A stretch of DNA of 63,302 bases, filler included, from Octopus bimaculoides (taxonomy: Eukaryota): the NCBI RefSeq assembly GCF_001194135.2. It is 8 parts of 8 records of this genome, joined end to end, with 100 filler letters (N's around TTAATTAATTAA, not from the genome) between each part and the next. Parts side by side here need not be neighbours in the genome. Positions count along the whole stretch, not along the records: positions 60,118 to 63,302 come from NC_068987.1; 7 more parts are not named here. One strand, given 5' to 3'. The translations under genes and the position numbers were made by a program. Positions 62,065 through 63,302 of this stretch are shown one piece after another. Below the pieces are notes generated by a model that saw only the letters and a list, made by a program, of their open reading frames with translations, had not been told where the DNA came from and did no database searches. Position 1 is the first letter of the stretch. Every line of letters begins with the position of its first letter.

Positions 62065-62929
62065 CAAGGTACGATGGGTAAATTGTCACCATTTTATATT
62101 TTAATTTCGTGCATGCGCATTCCTTGCCTTTTATTCTGTCGACTACGCAGTATAGTAGGGTCAGTTGGGCACTGCTCGAGAGAAAAACAGCTACATGACG
62201 CAATTCACTCTTTCAGAAATTGGAAACGGCATTCTGTACTTCTTGGCATTCGCACCAGAAGCCCCGTTACGAACATTTCAGAGTGTTTGGGTCGACAATC
62301 TGAGGACAGTGCAATGTGAGGACATGTACTGAGAGTGATAAGAATCAAGCATCCAGTTAACATGGTGGTTTTGGGATTGATCACTAGTGATGGCGACGTT
62401 ATGCCTCCATTCATCTTCTCATAAGGCCTCACACATAACAAGGAGGCTTACATCAAGTACCTAGAGGAGGTAGTGCTGCCGTGGGTTAAGATGGTGGCTA
62501 CTGGAAGACCCTATGTCTGGCAACAGGACTCTGCATTATGCCACACTATCAGGAGAACCCAGTCATAGCTGTCAGACAATTTCTGAGACCACATCAAACC
62601 TAACATCTGGCTACCTAACTCCCCAGACTGCAACCCCCTTGATTATTATGTGTGGGGCGCAGTTGAGCGAGAGACCAACAAAAATCCTTGTAACACCAAA
62701 GATGAACTGAAGGCAAGGATAATGGCAACATCACCAACTTAAATAAGGAGACTGTCCAAGAGAGTTGTAGGAGATTCCAAAGTCGTCTGGAGGCTTTGGT
62801 TGAAGCCAATGGCGATTTTATTGAATAAATTCACTCTTTAGCATTTCAAGATACTATTATGTAATTTTGGTAAATATATCTGTTAAAATGAGATGTCAGT
62901 GTTATTTTCATCTTTGCAATTTAAACGGC
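62065..62929 (+). mobile_element. Decayed Tc1/mariner DD37D (maT) element
   Basis: Starts after TA with caaggtacgatgggtaaattgtc. Encodes KHPVNMVVFG.ITSDGDVMPPFIF...VWQQD-(37 residues)-D in WLPNSPDCNPLDYYVWG, and ends LEALVEANGDFIE* (stop at 62826-62828). Confidence 0.85.
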
Positions 62930-63302
62930 CACGAACTAGATAAGCTCAGGAAGGATCGTATAACTTTCTTCCAAAGGATAGGTTTACGGATCACAGTAGA
63001 TACCAACCTAAAAAAAGTAGATTTCTTACACGTAATTTTAGACTTGGATTCGAATATATTTAAGCCTTACCGTAAACCAAACGACAAACTATCCTATATC
63101 AGCAGAGAATCCAACCATCCGCCTGTTATTCTTAGAAACTTAGTAACGTAGGTAGGCGAATTTCGTCAATTTCTGCAGACGAAGCAACATTCCGTAACGC
63201 GGCACCGTATTATGATATTGCTTTAAGGAATAGTGGATTCTCTGAGAGGATCCAGTACACCCAGTCTAATGCTGGCGGCAGCCCAGCACGTAGAACTAGG
63301 AC
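62918..63302 (+). mobile_element. Penelope-like element reverse transcriptase/thumb fragment, running off the window
   Basis: Translates to NLNGHELDKLRKD...GLRITVDTNLKKVDFLHVILDL...YRKPNDKLSYISRESNHPP. After a stop and frameshift it continues RISSISADEATFRNAAPYYDIALRNSGFSERIQY. Confidence 0.85.

Noticed and set aside
63149-63151. In-frame stop in the PLE RT as possible selenocysteine recoding
   Set aside because: The codon is TAG, not TGA, and is followed by a frameshift, so it is ordinary decay.

Overview
This is AT-rich animal genomic scaffold, not prokaryotic DNA. It is dense in microsatellites and SINEs, and the repeat families suggest a coleoid cephalopod, probably Octopus (inference from recalled repeat families). 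The only host coding sequence I can support is five consecutive 129-bp, phase 1-1 exons at 2020-4981 (+). Each encodes one 8-cysteine EGF-like repeat of a MEGF6/MEGF10/11/CED-1-type protein, and neither end of the gene is visible. The rest is intronic or intergenic and filled with decayed transposons: R4/Dong-like, HERO-like, RTE and Tx1 LINEs, Penelope-like elements (PLE), pogo/Tigger and DD37D maT transposase relics, hAT and Helentron-type non-autonomous elements, and at least four SINE families. Seven artificial N44-TTAATTAATTAA-N44 linkers show the window is joined from separate pieces. The most interesting signals are RNA-structural. (1) There are six minimal hammerhead ribozyme motifs from four repeat families, one with a fully intact core at 27715-27850. 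(2) A roughly 800-bp foldback at 8531-9321 has a tRNA-like Pol III head between two hammerhead-bearing arms. (3) There is a nested inverted triplication at 23.4-24.1 kb. (4) There is a perfect 54-bp inverted repeat at 55.3 kb. (5) RTE 3' UTRs carry variable-copy arrays of conserved-stem hairpins. No CRISPR array, rRNA or intact tRNA gene was seen. TE family names come from motif recognition, not database searches, and repeat boundaries are approximate.
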